From: Rhodoferax sp.
GTDB lineage: Bacteria; Pseudomonadota; Gammaproteobacteria; Burkholderiales; Burkholderiaceae_C
Direction of reading: 5' to 3'
DNA length: 64,000 nt
NCBI GenBank assembly: GCA_024235935.1
Contig: JACKLL010000016.1
Span: 9,436 to 73,435, forward strand
This document shows, piece after piece, positions 39,995 to 49,397 of this stretch. A program made the translations under genes and the position numbers. The notes beneath the pieces are model-generated. The model searched no databases, had not been told where the DNA came from, and saw nothing but the letters and a program-made list of their open reading frames with translations. Within the stretch, counting starts at the first letter, position 1, and every line of letters starts with the position of its first letter.

Positions 39995-42394
39995 ATGTCT
40001 GACCATTTGCCCGCCTCGTTGGATGCTGCCTCGCGTACCTTGGTACTGCGCCACGTCGGCGCAATGATTGCGCGCGTTCAGGCGTATTTCGCGCAGCATC
40101 AGGAAGCGCATCTCAAGAAGCTGCGGGCGCATTTCTTCGACCTCGTCGACAGCCGCCCGCATACCACGCAGGCGCAGAACCTGCGTACGGCAGGCATCAT
40201 GCTCGACAAGCAGGCGGCGCTGTTCAACCGGGCGCTGCATGCGGCGCTGCGTGAGTCGATAGAGGATGAAGTCGAGGCCGTGATGCCCGGCGCGCTGGCG
40301 GTGCTGCGGCCGGCAGCCGATAGCGACGACAGCGCCGGGCCCAGCAGCATGGCGCTGCTGGACGTTGACGAGATCGAGCGGCACCTGCTGGTCGACCGTG
40401 TGGCACAGCGCTTCAACAACCGCTACGACACCCCCCTCAAGGCGCTGACCGTCAGCGTCGGTGCCTTGCTGCGGCAGGACGAGTTCGCGCTGGTGGACAA
40501 CCCCTTTCGACCGGCCAGCCTGGTGCGGGCTTTCCTGATGGCCTGGCATTCCAGCGCGTTCGACCCGGAGGCGGCGGAGGATTTCGTATCCGTGATCGAG
40601 CCTGACTGTTCGATCGACTGGGCCCCGCTGTTCGCCGACCTGACCGCCATGCTGGTGCGTGCCGGCTACTCAGCCCGACCGGTGCATCGCATCAAGCGCA
40701 CCGCGGGCGGAGATTCGACTTCGGCCCCCCTGCATCCCGAGTCAGGGCCGGGTGGCGGTGGCCAAGCCGGTTCCGGCTTCGGCGCACTGGATTCAGGCGG
40801 TGGCCCGGGCTCCGGCGGTGGCTTCGGCAGCGGGAATGGCGGCGGTGGAGGTACCGGGCCTGCGGAGGCCGACGCGGGCGGCGTTCAGGGCATGGCGCGC
40901 GGCATTGCTGCCCGGGCCCGGCAGTTTCTGCAGAAACTCGGCTTCGGGGCGCCGGGCGCCGGTGCGCAGGACGGCGCCTCGGGTTTTGGCGGCGGCGACG
41001 GGGGCGGCGACGGGGGCGGCGGTGCGGGCGGGCCCGCCACACGTGTGCCGGCCGACCCGGGCCTGATGGGTTTTCTCGGCGGACTGCAGGCCGGTGCCGG
41101 CTCCTCGCAGTTTCCCGAATGGGCGCGTGGGCAGGACATTGCCGGGCAGAATGTCCTGCGCCAGATGCGCGAGCGCGAAGAGGTGCAGCGCGCGCCGGAA
41201 CTCGATCGCGGCACGGTGGATGCGCTGGCCGAGGTGTTCGACTACGTGTTTGCCGACAAGGCAATACCGCTGCAACTCAAGTACGTGATCGGTCGCCTGC
41301 AGATCCCCGTGCTCAAGGCGGCCATCATCGACCGCGACTTCTTTCTCTCCAGCTCGCACCCGGCCCGCCAGCTGGTGGACAGCCTGGCCGCCGCTGCCGT
41401 CGGCTGGACGCCCGAGATGGGCGAAACCGATCCGCTGTTCGTCTGTATCAATGACACGGTCAAGCGGGTGCTGGCCGAGTTCGAGGACGACCTCGACCTG
41501 TTTCGCCAGTGCCTGACGGAACTCGAGGTGTTCCTGCAGGCGCATGCCCAACGCGCCGAGGTGCAGATCAGGCCCGCCGCGACGCAGGAGCAGCTCAACG
41601 AAGCCCGTGAGGGTGCGCTCGCCCATGCCGACGGCGTGGTGCACCAGTGCATCCATGCCTTGCCGATCGACGAGCCGCTGGAACCTTTTCTGCTGCCCTT
41701 TCTCACGCACCAGTGGCGTGCGGTGCTGGCCGATGCCTGGCTCACGGTCGACAGCAACCCGGACGACTGGAAGACCGTGGTAAGGGTCATGGACCAGGTG
41801 ATCTGGTCGACCCGCCCCAAGCCGCAGCCCGAAGAACGCAGCCGGCTGATGGCCTTGCTGCCCGATCTGGTGCGCCAGCTCGACACGCGGCTGGATGCGA
41901 TCGGCTGGAAGGGCGAGGAGCGCGATCTGTTCACGCGCCGGCTGATTGCCACGCACATGCGGGCGATCCGCACCCCCAAGGCCGGTACGCCGGCGCCCGT
42001 CGATTCCGGACCGGGCGAACTAGAGACCCAGGCCGGTCGGGCCGCCATTCAGGAGCTGGACCAGCGCCTGGCGCCGGCGCCGCAGGTCGCGCCCGACCAG
42101 TTCGACGCGATGGCGCATGGGCTGGAACGCGGCATGTGGTTCGACTTCGAACACGACGCCGACGGGATGCGCCGCTACCGGCTGAGCTGGATCAGCCCGC
42201 AGCGCAGCCGCATGCTGTTCACCAACCGTGACGGTTTCGATGCCTTCGTGCGCTCGCAGCGCGAAGTGGCTGCGCTGCTGCGCGAGGGGCGGCTGACCAT
42301 CATCGACCAGCAACCCATCGTCAAGCGCGCGATCGACCAGATCATGGCCGACGAGCAGGGGCAACCCGAGCGGCTCGAACTGCAGCTGGAGTAG
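39995..42394 (+). CDS. DUF1631-like protein with Gly-rich linker
   Basis: LQIPVLKAAIIDRDFF..SHPARQL and C-terminal RLSWISP..LFTNR motifs; about 800 aa. Confidence 0.75.
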   Translation: MSDHLPASLDAASRTLVLRHVGAMIARVQAYFAQHQEAHLKKLRAHFFDLVDSRPHTTQAQNLRTAGIMLDKQAALFNRALHAALRESIEDEVEAVMPGALAVLRPAADSDDSAGPSSMALLDVDEIERHLLVDRVAQRFNNRYDTPLKALTVSVGALLRQDEFALVDNPFRPASLVRAFLMAWHSSAFDPEAAEDFVSVIEPDCSIDWAPLFADLTAMLVRAGYSARPVHRIKRTAGGDSTSAPLHPESGPGGGGQAGSGFGALDSGGGPGSGGGFGSGNGGGGGTGPAEADAGGVQGMARGIAARARQFLQKLGFGAPGAGAQDGASGFGGGDGGGDGGGGAGGPATRVPADPGLMGFLGGLQAGAGSSQFPEWARGQDIAGQNVLRQMREREEVQRAPELDRGTVDALAEVFDYVFADKAIPLQLKYVIGRLQIPVLKAAIIDRDFFLSSSHPARQLVDSLAAAAVGWTPEMGETDPLFVCINDTVKRVLAEFEDDLDLFRQCLTELEVFLQAHAQRAEVQIRPAATQEQLNEAREGALAHADGVVHQCIHALPIDEPLEPFLLPFLTHQWRAVLADAWLTVDSNPDDWKTVVRVMDQVIWSTRPKPQPEERSRLMALLPDLVRQLDTRLDAIGWKGEERDLFTRRLIATHMRAIRTPKAGTPAPVDSGPGELETQAGRAAIQELDQRLAPAPQVAPDQFDAMAHGLERGMWFDFEHDADGMRRYRLSWISPQRSRMLFTNRDGFDAFVRSQREVAALLREGRLTIIDQQPIVKRAIDQIMADEQGQPERLELQLE

Positions 42395-42442
42395 CACCCG
42401 GTTGAGGGGCCGCAGCCGAGATGGCCGGGCTCTCGGAAGCGC

Positions 42443-42865
42443 CTACGTCAGAAAGTCGCCACTGGCCTCAGGCTGGAACTGGATCGCCTGCAGTTGTGCG
42501 GACGCGGCAAGCCCGTCCGGCCCGTGCCAGCGGGCCACCGCGCCGACGCGCAGACCGAGCAGTCCTGTGCCGATCGGCGACAGCACGGAGATGCGGCCCT
42601 TGGCCGGTTCCGCATCCTGCGGGTAGCACAGCGTCAGCGTGCTTTGGGTGCCGCTGTTGCAGTCGGTGATCACGACCCGGGAGTTCATCGTGACGGTGTC
42701 GCCCGGAATTTCCTCGGGGCTGACCAGGTCGGCGTTGTCGATGACGCTGCCCAGGCTGTCGGCTGCGTCGGCCGCCAGTGCGACGGCATGGCGGCGGATC
42801 AGGTTCTGCAGGCGGATGTGGTCGAGTTCGGTCAGTGTACGGATGGGGATGGGTGAATCTTGCAT
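42443..42865 (-). CDS. rnk: Nucleoside diphosphate kinase regulator Rnk (GreA/B-like)
   Basis: VTMNSRV, LTLCYP, ISVLSPIGTGLLG, FQPEASG; CAGGAG RBS. Confidence 0.9.
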   Translation of the reverse strand: MQDSPIPIRTLTELDHIRLQNLIRRHAVALAADAADSLGSVIDNADLVSPEEIPGDTVTMNSRVVITDCNSGTQSTLTLCYPQDAEPAKGRISVLSPIGTGLLGLRVGAVARWHGPDGLAASAQLQAIQFQPEASGDFLT

Positions 42866-43246
42866 GGTTTGCTCCTGGGTTCCAAGGGGGCGCATGCACG
42901 GGGCATGGGCCAGGCACGCCGAGGCGGGGCCCGGCGATCAGAGGTGCGTGAGAGGCGGGAGAGGGAGACTAGGCTGATCGCCGGGCGGATGGAAGTGCAG
43001 CGGTATGCTGCCCCTCACACTCCGATAGCGGGCACTGTCCACGAAACGCGCCGACATGCTGCGCTGCGCCCGGGCCGTTGGAGGCCAGGCGTGCACGGAG
43101 GGCGTCGGATGCGCGAGTCATGGCCGCATCATAGCCCAGCGGCAGCCTGGCGGCGCATGAATACCAGTGCCGCGGGTTCACGCGCGAAGCGGTGGATACC
43201 CGTTTGCTGCGACGGGGCGTGCCTGGCACAGCTGCCGCATGCGCGC

Positions 43247-44155
43247 TCAAGCCTGCTGTCTGGCGCAGGCCTGCAGGTGCGCCACCAGCAATGCAGCAGC
43301 CGGCGACAGGGCCTTTTCGTCACGGAAATAGATGGCAAAGCGCCGCTCGACCCAGTCCTCCTGCAGGTCCACCAGTTGCAGCAGGCGCTGGTCGGCGTGT
43401 GGAGCGACGACTTCACGCGGGATCACGCTGATCGCCAGGTTGGCGCCGACCACCCGTTGCACCGCATCCAGGCTGGTCACGACCACGCGCAGACGCATGG
43501 TCTTGCCCAGCTCCGCGGCCGCGCGCTGCAGCATCAGCGGAACAGCGCTGTTGGAGGGCAGGCCGACGAAGTCGTAATCCAGCGTCTGTTCGAACCTCAC
43601 CCGCGTGCAGCGGGCCAGCGGATGGTCCGGGTGCACCAGCAAGGCCAGGTGGTCGCTGCGGTACGGGTGCGATGCCAGGCCGGGGTCGTCGATCGCGTCC
43701 CAGCAGATGCCCAGCGCCGCCACCCCGTCCCGGATGCCGCGCACCACGTCCCGGCTCTGGCGTTCTTCGATATGGACCTGGATCGCGGCATGTTCAGGCT
43801 GGCGCAGGAACGATGCCACGTCGTCGGCCAGCGACTCTGCCAGTGCCGACGCACTGGCCAGCACACGCACCTGGCCCTTGACGCCGGCCGCGTAGGAACC
43901 CAGGTCGTGGGCCAGCCGTTCGGCATTGCCCAGCAAGGTGTGCGCATGTTCGAGCAGGGTCTCGCCGGCGGGCGTGGGTTCCACCCCACGGCGCCTGCGC
44001 ACCAGCAGACGCACACCCAGGTTCTCCTCGAGCTGGGCCAGCCGTTTGCTGATGGCCGAGCCAGCCAGATTCGCCCGCTCTCCCGCCCGTGCAATGTTGC
44101 GGGTTTCGCAGACGGTCACGAAGAGTCGCAGACTGGTCAGGTCGAGGTCGCGCAT
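43247..44155 (-). CDS. LysR family transcriptional regulator
   Basis: N-terminal HTH SAISKRLAQLE, PTPAGE; divergent from the lyase operon. Confidence 0.92.
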   Translation of the reverse strand: MRDLDLTSLRLFVTVCETRNIARAGERANLAGSAISKRLAQLEENLGVRLLVRRRRGVEPTPAGETLLEHAHTLLGNAERLAHDLGSYAAGVKGQVRVLASASALAESLADDVASFLRQPEHAAIQVHIEERQSRDVVRGIRDGVAALGICWDAIDDPGLASHPYRSDHLALLVHPDHPLARCTRVRFEQTLDYDFVGLPSNSAVPLMLQRAAAELGKTMRLRVVVTSLDAVQRVVGANLAISVIPREVVAPHADQRLLQLVDLQEDWVERRFAIYFRDEKALSPAAALLVAHLQACARQQA

Positions 44156-44188
44156 GGTGGCTTGCGGCGCGGATTACGCCATTGAGGT

Positions 44189-44203
44189 ATTCCGATCGGG
44201 AAT
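44189..44203. promoter_or_regulatory. Putative LysR box (T-N11-A inverted repeat)
   Basis: ATTCC-GATCG-GGAAT between the LysR gene and the HMG-CoA lyase gene. Confidence 0.55.
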
Positions 44204-44279
44204 CATAAGCCTTCCAAATCGTATCAACTGGCGACAATGGGCATGCCTAGAATGGACGCTCCTCTTACGAGTCCCATTC

Positions 44280-45230
44280 ATGAGCCCAAAATTTCCCCAA
44301 CAGGTGCATTTGCGTGAAGTCGGCCTGCGCGATGGTCTGCAAAGCATTGCCACGATCCTGCCCACGGCGCAGAAGCTGGAATGGCTGCGCGCCGCCCATG
44401 CGGCCGGCCAACGCGAGATCGAAGTCGGCTCCTTCGTTCCGGCACGGCTGATGCCGCAGCTGGCCGATACGGCCGAGGTCGTGGCCTTTGCCCGCACACT
44501 GCCGGGCATGGAGACCTCGGTGCTGGTTCCCAATCTCAAAGGGGCGCAACTGGCCATCGCCGCACAGGCGGATTCCATGCTGGTGCCGCTGTCGGTGAGC
44601 CATGCCCATAGCCTGGCCAATCTGCGCAAGACGCCCGATGAGGTGGTTGCGGAAATCGGGCGGATCCGCGCCGAGCGCGACGCAGCGGGTTCCCGCACCC
44701 GGATCGAAGTCGGCCTGAGCACCGCGTTCGGCTGCACCTTGCAGGGGCCGGTCGCGCCTTCAGAAGTGATGCGCCTGCTGCAGGCCGTGCTCGATGCCGG
44801 CGCCGAGCAGGTCGGCCTGGCCGATACCGTCGGCTATGCCGACCCGCGCATGGTGCGCGAACTGTTCGAGGCCGGGCGGCAGATTGCCGGCGACCGGCTG
44901 GGCTGCGGCCATTTCCATGACACGCGTGGCCTGGGCCTGGCCAATGTCTATGCGGCGCTGGAAACCGGCGTCACACGTTTCGACGCCTGCCTGGGCGGTA
45001 TCGGCGGCTGCCCGCATGCGCCGGGTGCCAGTGGCAATGTGGCGATGGAAGACGTGGTCTACCTGATGCGCAGCATGCAGATCGACACCGGCATCGACTT
45101 CGACGCGCTGATGGCGATGCGTCGGCAGCTGGCGATCTGGCTGCAGGGCGAGTCCTTGCATGGCAGCATCTGGAAGGCGGGCCTGCCCAGGACATTGCTG
45201 GCGCCAGCGGCCGAGGCCGTTGCAGCATGA
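44280..45230 (+). CDS. Hydroxymethylglutaryl-CoA lyase family protein
   Basis: REVGLRDGLQ, LADTVG, HFHDTRG, GGCPHAPGASGN. Confidence 0.9.
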   Translation: MSPKFPQQVHLREVGLRDGLQSIATILPTAQKLEWLRAAHAAGQREIEVGSFVPARLMPQLADTAEVVAFARTLPGMETSVLVPNLKGAQLAIAAQADSMLVPLSVSHAHSLANLRKTPDEVVAEIGRIRAERDAAGSRTRIEVGLSTAFGCTLQGPVAPSEVMRLLQAVLDAGAEQVGLADTVGYADPRMVRELFEAGRQIAGDRLGCGHFHDTRGLGLANVYAALETGVTRFDACLGGIGGCPHAPGASGNVAMEDVVYLMRSMQIDTGIDFDALMAMRRQLAIWLQGESLHGSIWKAGLPRTLLAPAAEAVAA

Positions 45231-46456
45231 CGGTGGCGGCGTCCGGTTTGAAGGGGGCGGCCACGCCGCTGCCGCACCAGCCGCTGGCCGGCCTGCGTGT
45301 CGTGGAGTTCAGCCACATGGTGATGGGGCCGACCTGCGGCATGGTGCTGGCCGACATGGGCGCCGAGGTGATCAAGGTCGAGCCGATCGACGGCGACCGC
45401 ACGCGCCACCTGCTGGGCGCCGGCGCTGGCTTCTTTCCGATGTTCAACCGCAACAAGAAGAGCATCGCGATCGACCTTCACACACCCGAGGGAGCAGCAG
45501 CAGCACGCAAGCTGGCGCTCAGTGCCGACGTGGTGGCCGAGAACTTCAAGCCCGGCACCATGCGCAAGTACGGCCTGGACTACGCAAGCCTGTCGGCGGT
45601 CAACGACCGCATCATCTATGTCAGCCTCAAGGGATTCCTGCCCGGGCCGTACGAACACCGCACCGCGCTGGACGAGGTGGTGCAGATGATGGGCGGCCTG
45701 GCCTACATGACCGGACGTCCGGGTGACCCGCTGCGTGCAGGTACCAGCGTCAACGACATCATGGGCGGCATGTTCGGCGCCATCGGTGCGCTCGGCGCGC
45801 TGATCCAGCGCGGCATCAGCGGCAAGGGCCAGGAGGTGCAGAGCGCGCTGTTCGAGAACAACGTGTTCCTGGTCGGCCAGCACATGCTGCAATATGCCAT
45901 CACCGGCACGCCCGCCGCGCCCATGCCCGACCGCATTTCCGCCTGGGCGGTGTATGACGTGTTCACGGTCAAGGATGGCGAGCAGATCTTCCTGGCCGCG
46001 GTCAGCGACGCACAGTGGAAGACCTTTTGCACCGCGTTCGGCTTTTCCGACCTGCTGGCCGACCCGGGCCTGTCCACCAACAACCAGCGTGTCATGGCGC
46101 GCGAGCGCATGATGCCGCTGCTGCGCGAGCGCCTGGCGGCGTTTTCGGCGGATGCGCTCGGCACGCGCTTCGAGCAGCTCGGCTTGCCGTATGCGCCGAT
46201 CCGCAAGCCGCAAGAGCTGTACCAGGACCCGCACCTGCGCCAGACCGGCGGCCTGGCCGACATCACCTTGCCCGATGGCGCACGCGCCGGACAGACGGCC
46301 GGAACAACCTTGTTGCCGTTCACGATGGACGGCCAGCGGCTGGGCGTGCGCGTGCAGCCGCCCAAGGCCGGTGAGCACTCGCAGGCCTTGCTGGCGCAGC
46401 TGGGGTATTCCGCCGACGAGATCGCGTCACTGCGTGCTGCGCACGCGGTGGCATGA
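45227..46456 (+). CDS. CaiB/BaiF (class III) CoA-transferase
   Basis: GAEVIKVE, NRNKKS, ENFKPG, ALDEVVQ; ATGA overlap with the lyase. Confidence 0.92.
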   Translation: MTVAASGLKGAATPLPHQPLAGLRVVEFSHMVMGPTCGMVLADMGAEVIKVEPIDGDRTRHLLGAGAGFFPMFNRNKKSIAIDLHTPEGAAAARKLALSADVVAENFKPGTMRKYGLDYASLSAVNDRIIYVSLKGFLPGPYEHRTALDEVVQMMGGLAYMTGRPGDPLRAGTSVNDIMGGMFGAIGALGALIQRGISGKGQEVQSALFENNVFLVGQHMLQYAITGTPAAPMPDRISAWAVYDVFTVKDGEQIFLAAVSDAQWKTFCTAFGFSDLLADPGLSTNNQRVMARERMMPLLRERLAAFSADALGTRFEQLGLPYAPIRKPQELYQDPHLRQTGGLADITLPDGARAGQTAGTTLLPFTMDGQRLGVRVQPPKAGEHSQALLAQLGYSADEIASLRAAHAVA

Positions 46457-46494
46457 TGTTTTTCCCCCTTCACACAACGACTGGAGACACCGAC

Positions 46495-47502
46495 ATGCCC
46501 TACCGCTTTTCCCCTACCTCGCGCCGCCGCGTGCTTGCAGCCGCCATCGCCATGGCCGTCGCCAGTGGCGCCGGCGCCGCCGACTTCACGATGCGCATCA
46601 GCCACCAGTTCCCGCCGACACACCATACGGCACTGAACCTGGAGCAGTTCGCCAAGGAGGTCAAGGAGATGACCAAGGGCCGGGTCGAGGTGCAGAATTT
46701 CGGCGCCGCGCAGCTCTTCAAGCCGAACCAGAACCATCCGGCGGTCGCCAGCGGCAAGATAGAAGCTGCGGCCATCCTGAGCTTCCAGTGGGGTGGCACG
46801 ATCCCCGAGATGAGCGTCACCATCATTCCCTACCTGATGACCTCGGTGGCCAAGCAGAAGGCCTTCATCAAGTCTGATGCGGCCAAGCTGCTGGATGCCA
46901 AGATGGCGGCCAAGGGCGTCACCAATATCGCCTGGATGGTCGATACCAACGACGGCATCTTCACCTCCAACGGCAAGGCCTTGACGCAGCCATCTGATTT
47001 CGCCGGCATGAAGATCCGCGGCTTGAACAAGCTTTTCGACGAGGGTCTGGTGGCCATGGGGGCTTCGCCGTCGGCGATGCCGGGCTCCGAGGTCTACCAG
47101 GCGCTGCAGACCGGCGTCATCGATGCCGGTTTCACCGGCGTCGAGGCGGCCAACAGCCGCAAGTTCTATGAAGTGCAGAAGTTCGGTGTGGCCTCCAACA
47201 TCATCCTGGCATTCGACAACCTGGTGGTGAACCCGGCCTGGTGGAAAGGGCTGCCGGCCGACGTGCGCGGCGCGATCCAGGCGGCTGCCGACAAGGCCGT
47301 GGCGCGTTCGATCCGCAAGTCCGACGGCATTCCGCCGGAAAACATCCAGGTGCTCAACGACAAGGGCATGAAGGCGGTGGCACTGACCAAGGCGCAGGAG
47401 AAGGTCATGGCCGATGCGATGCAGCCGGCGGTGAAGAAGGAGTTCCTGCGCGAGACCGCACCCGACGGCGTGAAGCTGCTCGAGGCGCTCGACAAGCTCT
47501 GA
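46495..47502 (+). CDS. dctP: TRAP transporter substrate-binding protein
   Basis: Signal peptide; GMKIR, EVYQALQTGVID; GGAG RBS. Confidence 0.9.
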   Translation: MPYRFSPTSRRRVLAAAIAMAVASGAGAADFTMRISHQFPPTHHTALNLEQFAKEVKEMTKGRVEVQNFGAAQLFKPNQNHPAVASGKIEAAAILSFQWGGTIPEMSVTIIPYLMTSVAKQKAFIKSDAAKLLDAKMAAKGVTNIAWMVDTNDGIFTSNGKALTQPSDFAGMKIRGLNKLFDEGLVAMGASPSAMPGSEVYQALQTGVIDAGFTGVEAANSRKFYEVQKFGVASNIILAFDNLVVNPAWWKGLPADVRGAIQAAADKAVARSIRKSDGIPPENIQVLNDKGMKAVALTKAQEKVMADAMQPAVKKEFLRETAPDGVKLLEALDKL

Positions 47503-47517
47503 TCGGGGCCTGCCGTC

Positions 47518-48087
47518 GTGGTCGAGAATCCGCCCGCAGCGCAGCTGCGCGAAGGCCCTGCGCTGCGCGCGCTGGGCCATGTCGTACGTGTTCTGGCCGG
47601 GGTCGGCATGGCGGTGGCGGCGGCCAGTCTGCTGCTGTCGCTGTGCCTGATCGGCTGGGCCGTGGTGATGCGCTACGGCTTCAACGCCGCGCCGGTCTGG
47701 GTCGACGAGGTGGTCGGCTTCCTGCTGGTGGCCATCGTCATGCTGGCGGCGGCGCGTACGCTGCGCCAGGGTGAGCACATCGGTGTCGACCTGATGGTCG
47801 ACCGGCTGGCGCCGCAGGCACGCCGCTGGGCCCAGGCCTGGGCCGCACTGGCGGTCGGCGCGGTCGCCAGCGTGCTGATCATCAATGGCTGGGAGACCGC
47901 CAGCCTGGCACGCATGCTCGGTCTGGTGACCGAGGGCAACCTCGAGTGGCCGACCTGGTTGCTGATGCTGCTGATGCCGGTGGGTGGCGCCTTGCTGCTG
48001 CTGGCGGCGATCGAGGTGCTGTGGCGCGCGCTGGCCGGTCTGCCTGCGCCGGGAAACCCGGGACACGGGCAGGCGGACAGGTCATGA
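47518..48087 (+). CDS. dctQ: TRAP transporter small permease
   Basis: 4 TM segments; VMRY..WVDEV, HIGVD. Confidence 0.87.
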   Translation: MVENPPAAQLREGPALRALGHVVRVLAGVGMAVAAASLLLSLCLIGWAVVMRYGFNAAPVWVDEVVGFLLVAIVMLAAARTLRQGEHIGVDLMVDRLAPQARRWAQAWAALAVGAVASVLIINGWETASLARMLGLVTEGNLEWPTWLLMLLMPVGGALLLLAAIEVLWRALAGLPAPGNPGHGQADRS

Positions 48088-49370
48088 TCATTGGCTTGCT
48101 GTTCTTCGGGCTGCTGTTGCTGCTGTTCACCGGCTTGCCGATCTTTGCCGGTCTGGCCGTCTTTGGCGGCGCATTGCAATACTTCACCCAGGGCGAGCTG
48201 GGCTCGGTTACCGAGGTCATCTTCGGCGAGGTCAACCGCTACCTGCTGGTGGCGATTCCGCTGTTCGCGTTCATGGCCCACATCATGATCCGCGGCAAGA
48301 TCGTCGATGACCTGTATGGCGCCGCCTATACGCTGACACGCCATCTGCCGGGCGGACTGGGCATTGCCACGATCGCCGCCTGCACGATCTTTGCCGCCAT
48401 CTCCGGCTCCAGCGTCGCGACGGCGCTGACCATCGGCGCGGTCGCAATTCCGCAGATGGTGCGCTTCGGCTACGACGAGAAGGCCGCCTATGGACTGGTC
48501 GCCGCCGGCGGCACGCTGGGCATCCTGATTCCGCCTTCGGGTCCCATGGTGCTGTACGGCGTGACCACCGACACCTCGATCGGCGGCCTGTTCATGGCCG
48601 GCATCATGCCGGGGCTGCTGATGGCCGGCGTGTTCGTGGCCTGGAACATGGTGCATACCGCCGTGACGCACCGGCACATCGCGCGCGAGCCGCGCGCCAC
48701 GCTGCGCGAGGCGCTGGGTGCCGTGCGCCGGTCGGCCTGGGCGATCTCGCTGCCGGTGTTCGTGCTCGGCGGCATGTATGCCGGCGTGTTCACCGCCACC
48801 GAGGCGGCAGCCGCCGGCGCTTGGCTGGCGATCTTCGTGTCGGTCGTGGTCTACCGGACCGTCGGGCTGCGTGCGATCTGGGCGTCGGCGGTCGAGGCCT
48901 GCAGCGTGTCGGCCATGCTGTTCATGATCCTGGCCGGTGCCTCGGTGTTCGGCCATGTGATGACCAAGCTGCGGATTCCGCAGCAGATCGTCGAGGCGGT
49001 GATTGCCGCCGACGTCGGCGTGACCGGCTTCCTGATCATCATGATGGCGCTGATCTTCGTGCTGGGCATGTTCCTGGAGTCGATCTCCATCATCCTGATC
49101 ACCACGCCGGTGATCCTGCCGGCCATGGTCCACCTGGGCATCAACCCGATCTGGTACGGCGTGCTGCTGGTCATCAACCTCGAACTGGCCCAGATCACGC
49201 CGCCGGTGGGCATGAACCTGTTCACCATCAAGGCCATCACCGGCTCGCCGCTGGGGCCGATCGTGCGCGGGGCGGCGCCCTATGTGGTGCTGATGGTCAT
49301 GGTGATGGCCATGGTGATGGTCTGGCCGCAGATTGCCTTGTGGCTGCCCGGGACCATGATGGGCAAATGA
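48084..49370 (+). CDS. dctM: TRAP transporter large permease
   Basis: AIPLF, ISGSSVAT, GTLGILIPPS, FTATEAA, ITPPVGMNLF. Confidence 0.92.
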   Translation: MIIGLLFFGLLLLLFTGLPIFAGLAVFGGALQYFTQGELGSVTEVIFGEVNRYLLVAIPLFAFMAHIMIRGKIVDDLYGAAYTLTRHLPGGLGIATIAACTIFAAISGSSVATALTIGAVAIPQMVRFGYDEKAAYGLVAAGGTLGILIPPSGPMVLYGVTTDTSIGGLFMAGIMPGLLMAGVFVAWNMVHTAVTHRHIAREPRATLREALGAVRRSAWAISLPVFVLGGMYAGVFTATEAAAAGAWLAIFVSVVVYRTVGLRAIWASAVEACSVSAMLFMILAGASVFGHVMTKLRIPQQIVEAVIAADVGVTGFLIIMMALIFVLGMFLESISIILITTPVILPAMVHLGINPIWYGVLLVINLELAQITPPVGMNLFTIKAITGSPLGPIVRGAAPYVVLMVMVMAMVMVWPQIALWLPGTMMGK

Positions 49371-49397
49371 CGCCGTGATTGGCGCTAAGCTGGTGCC

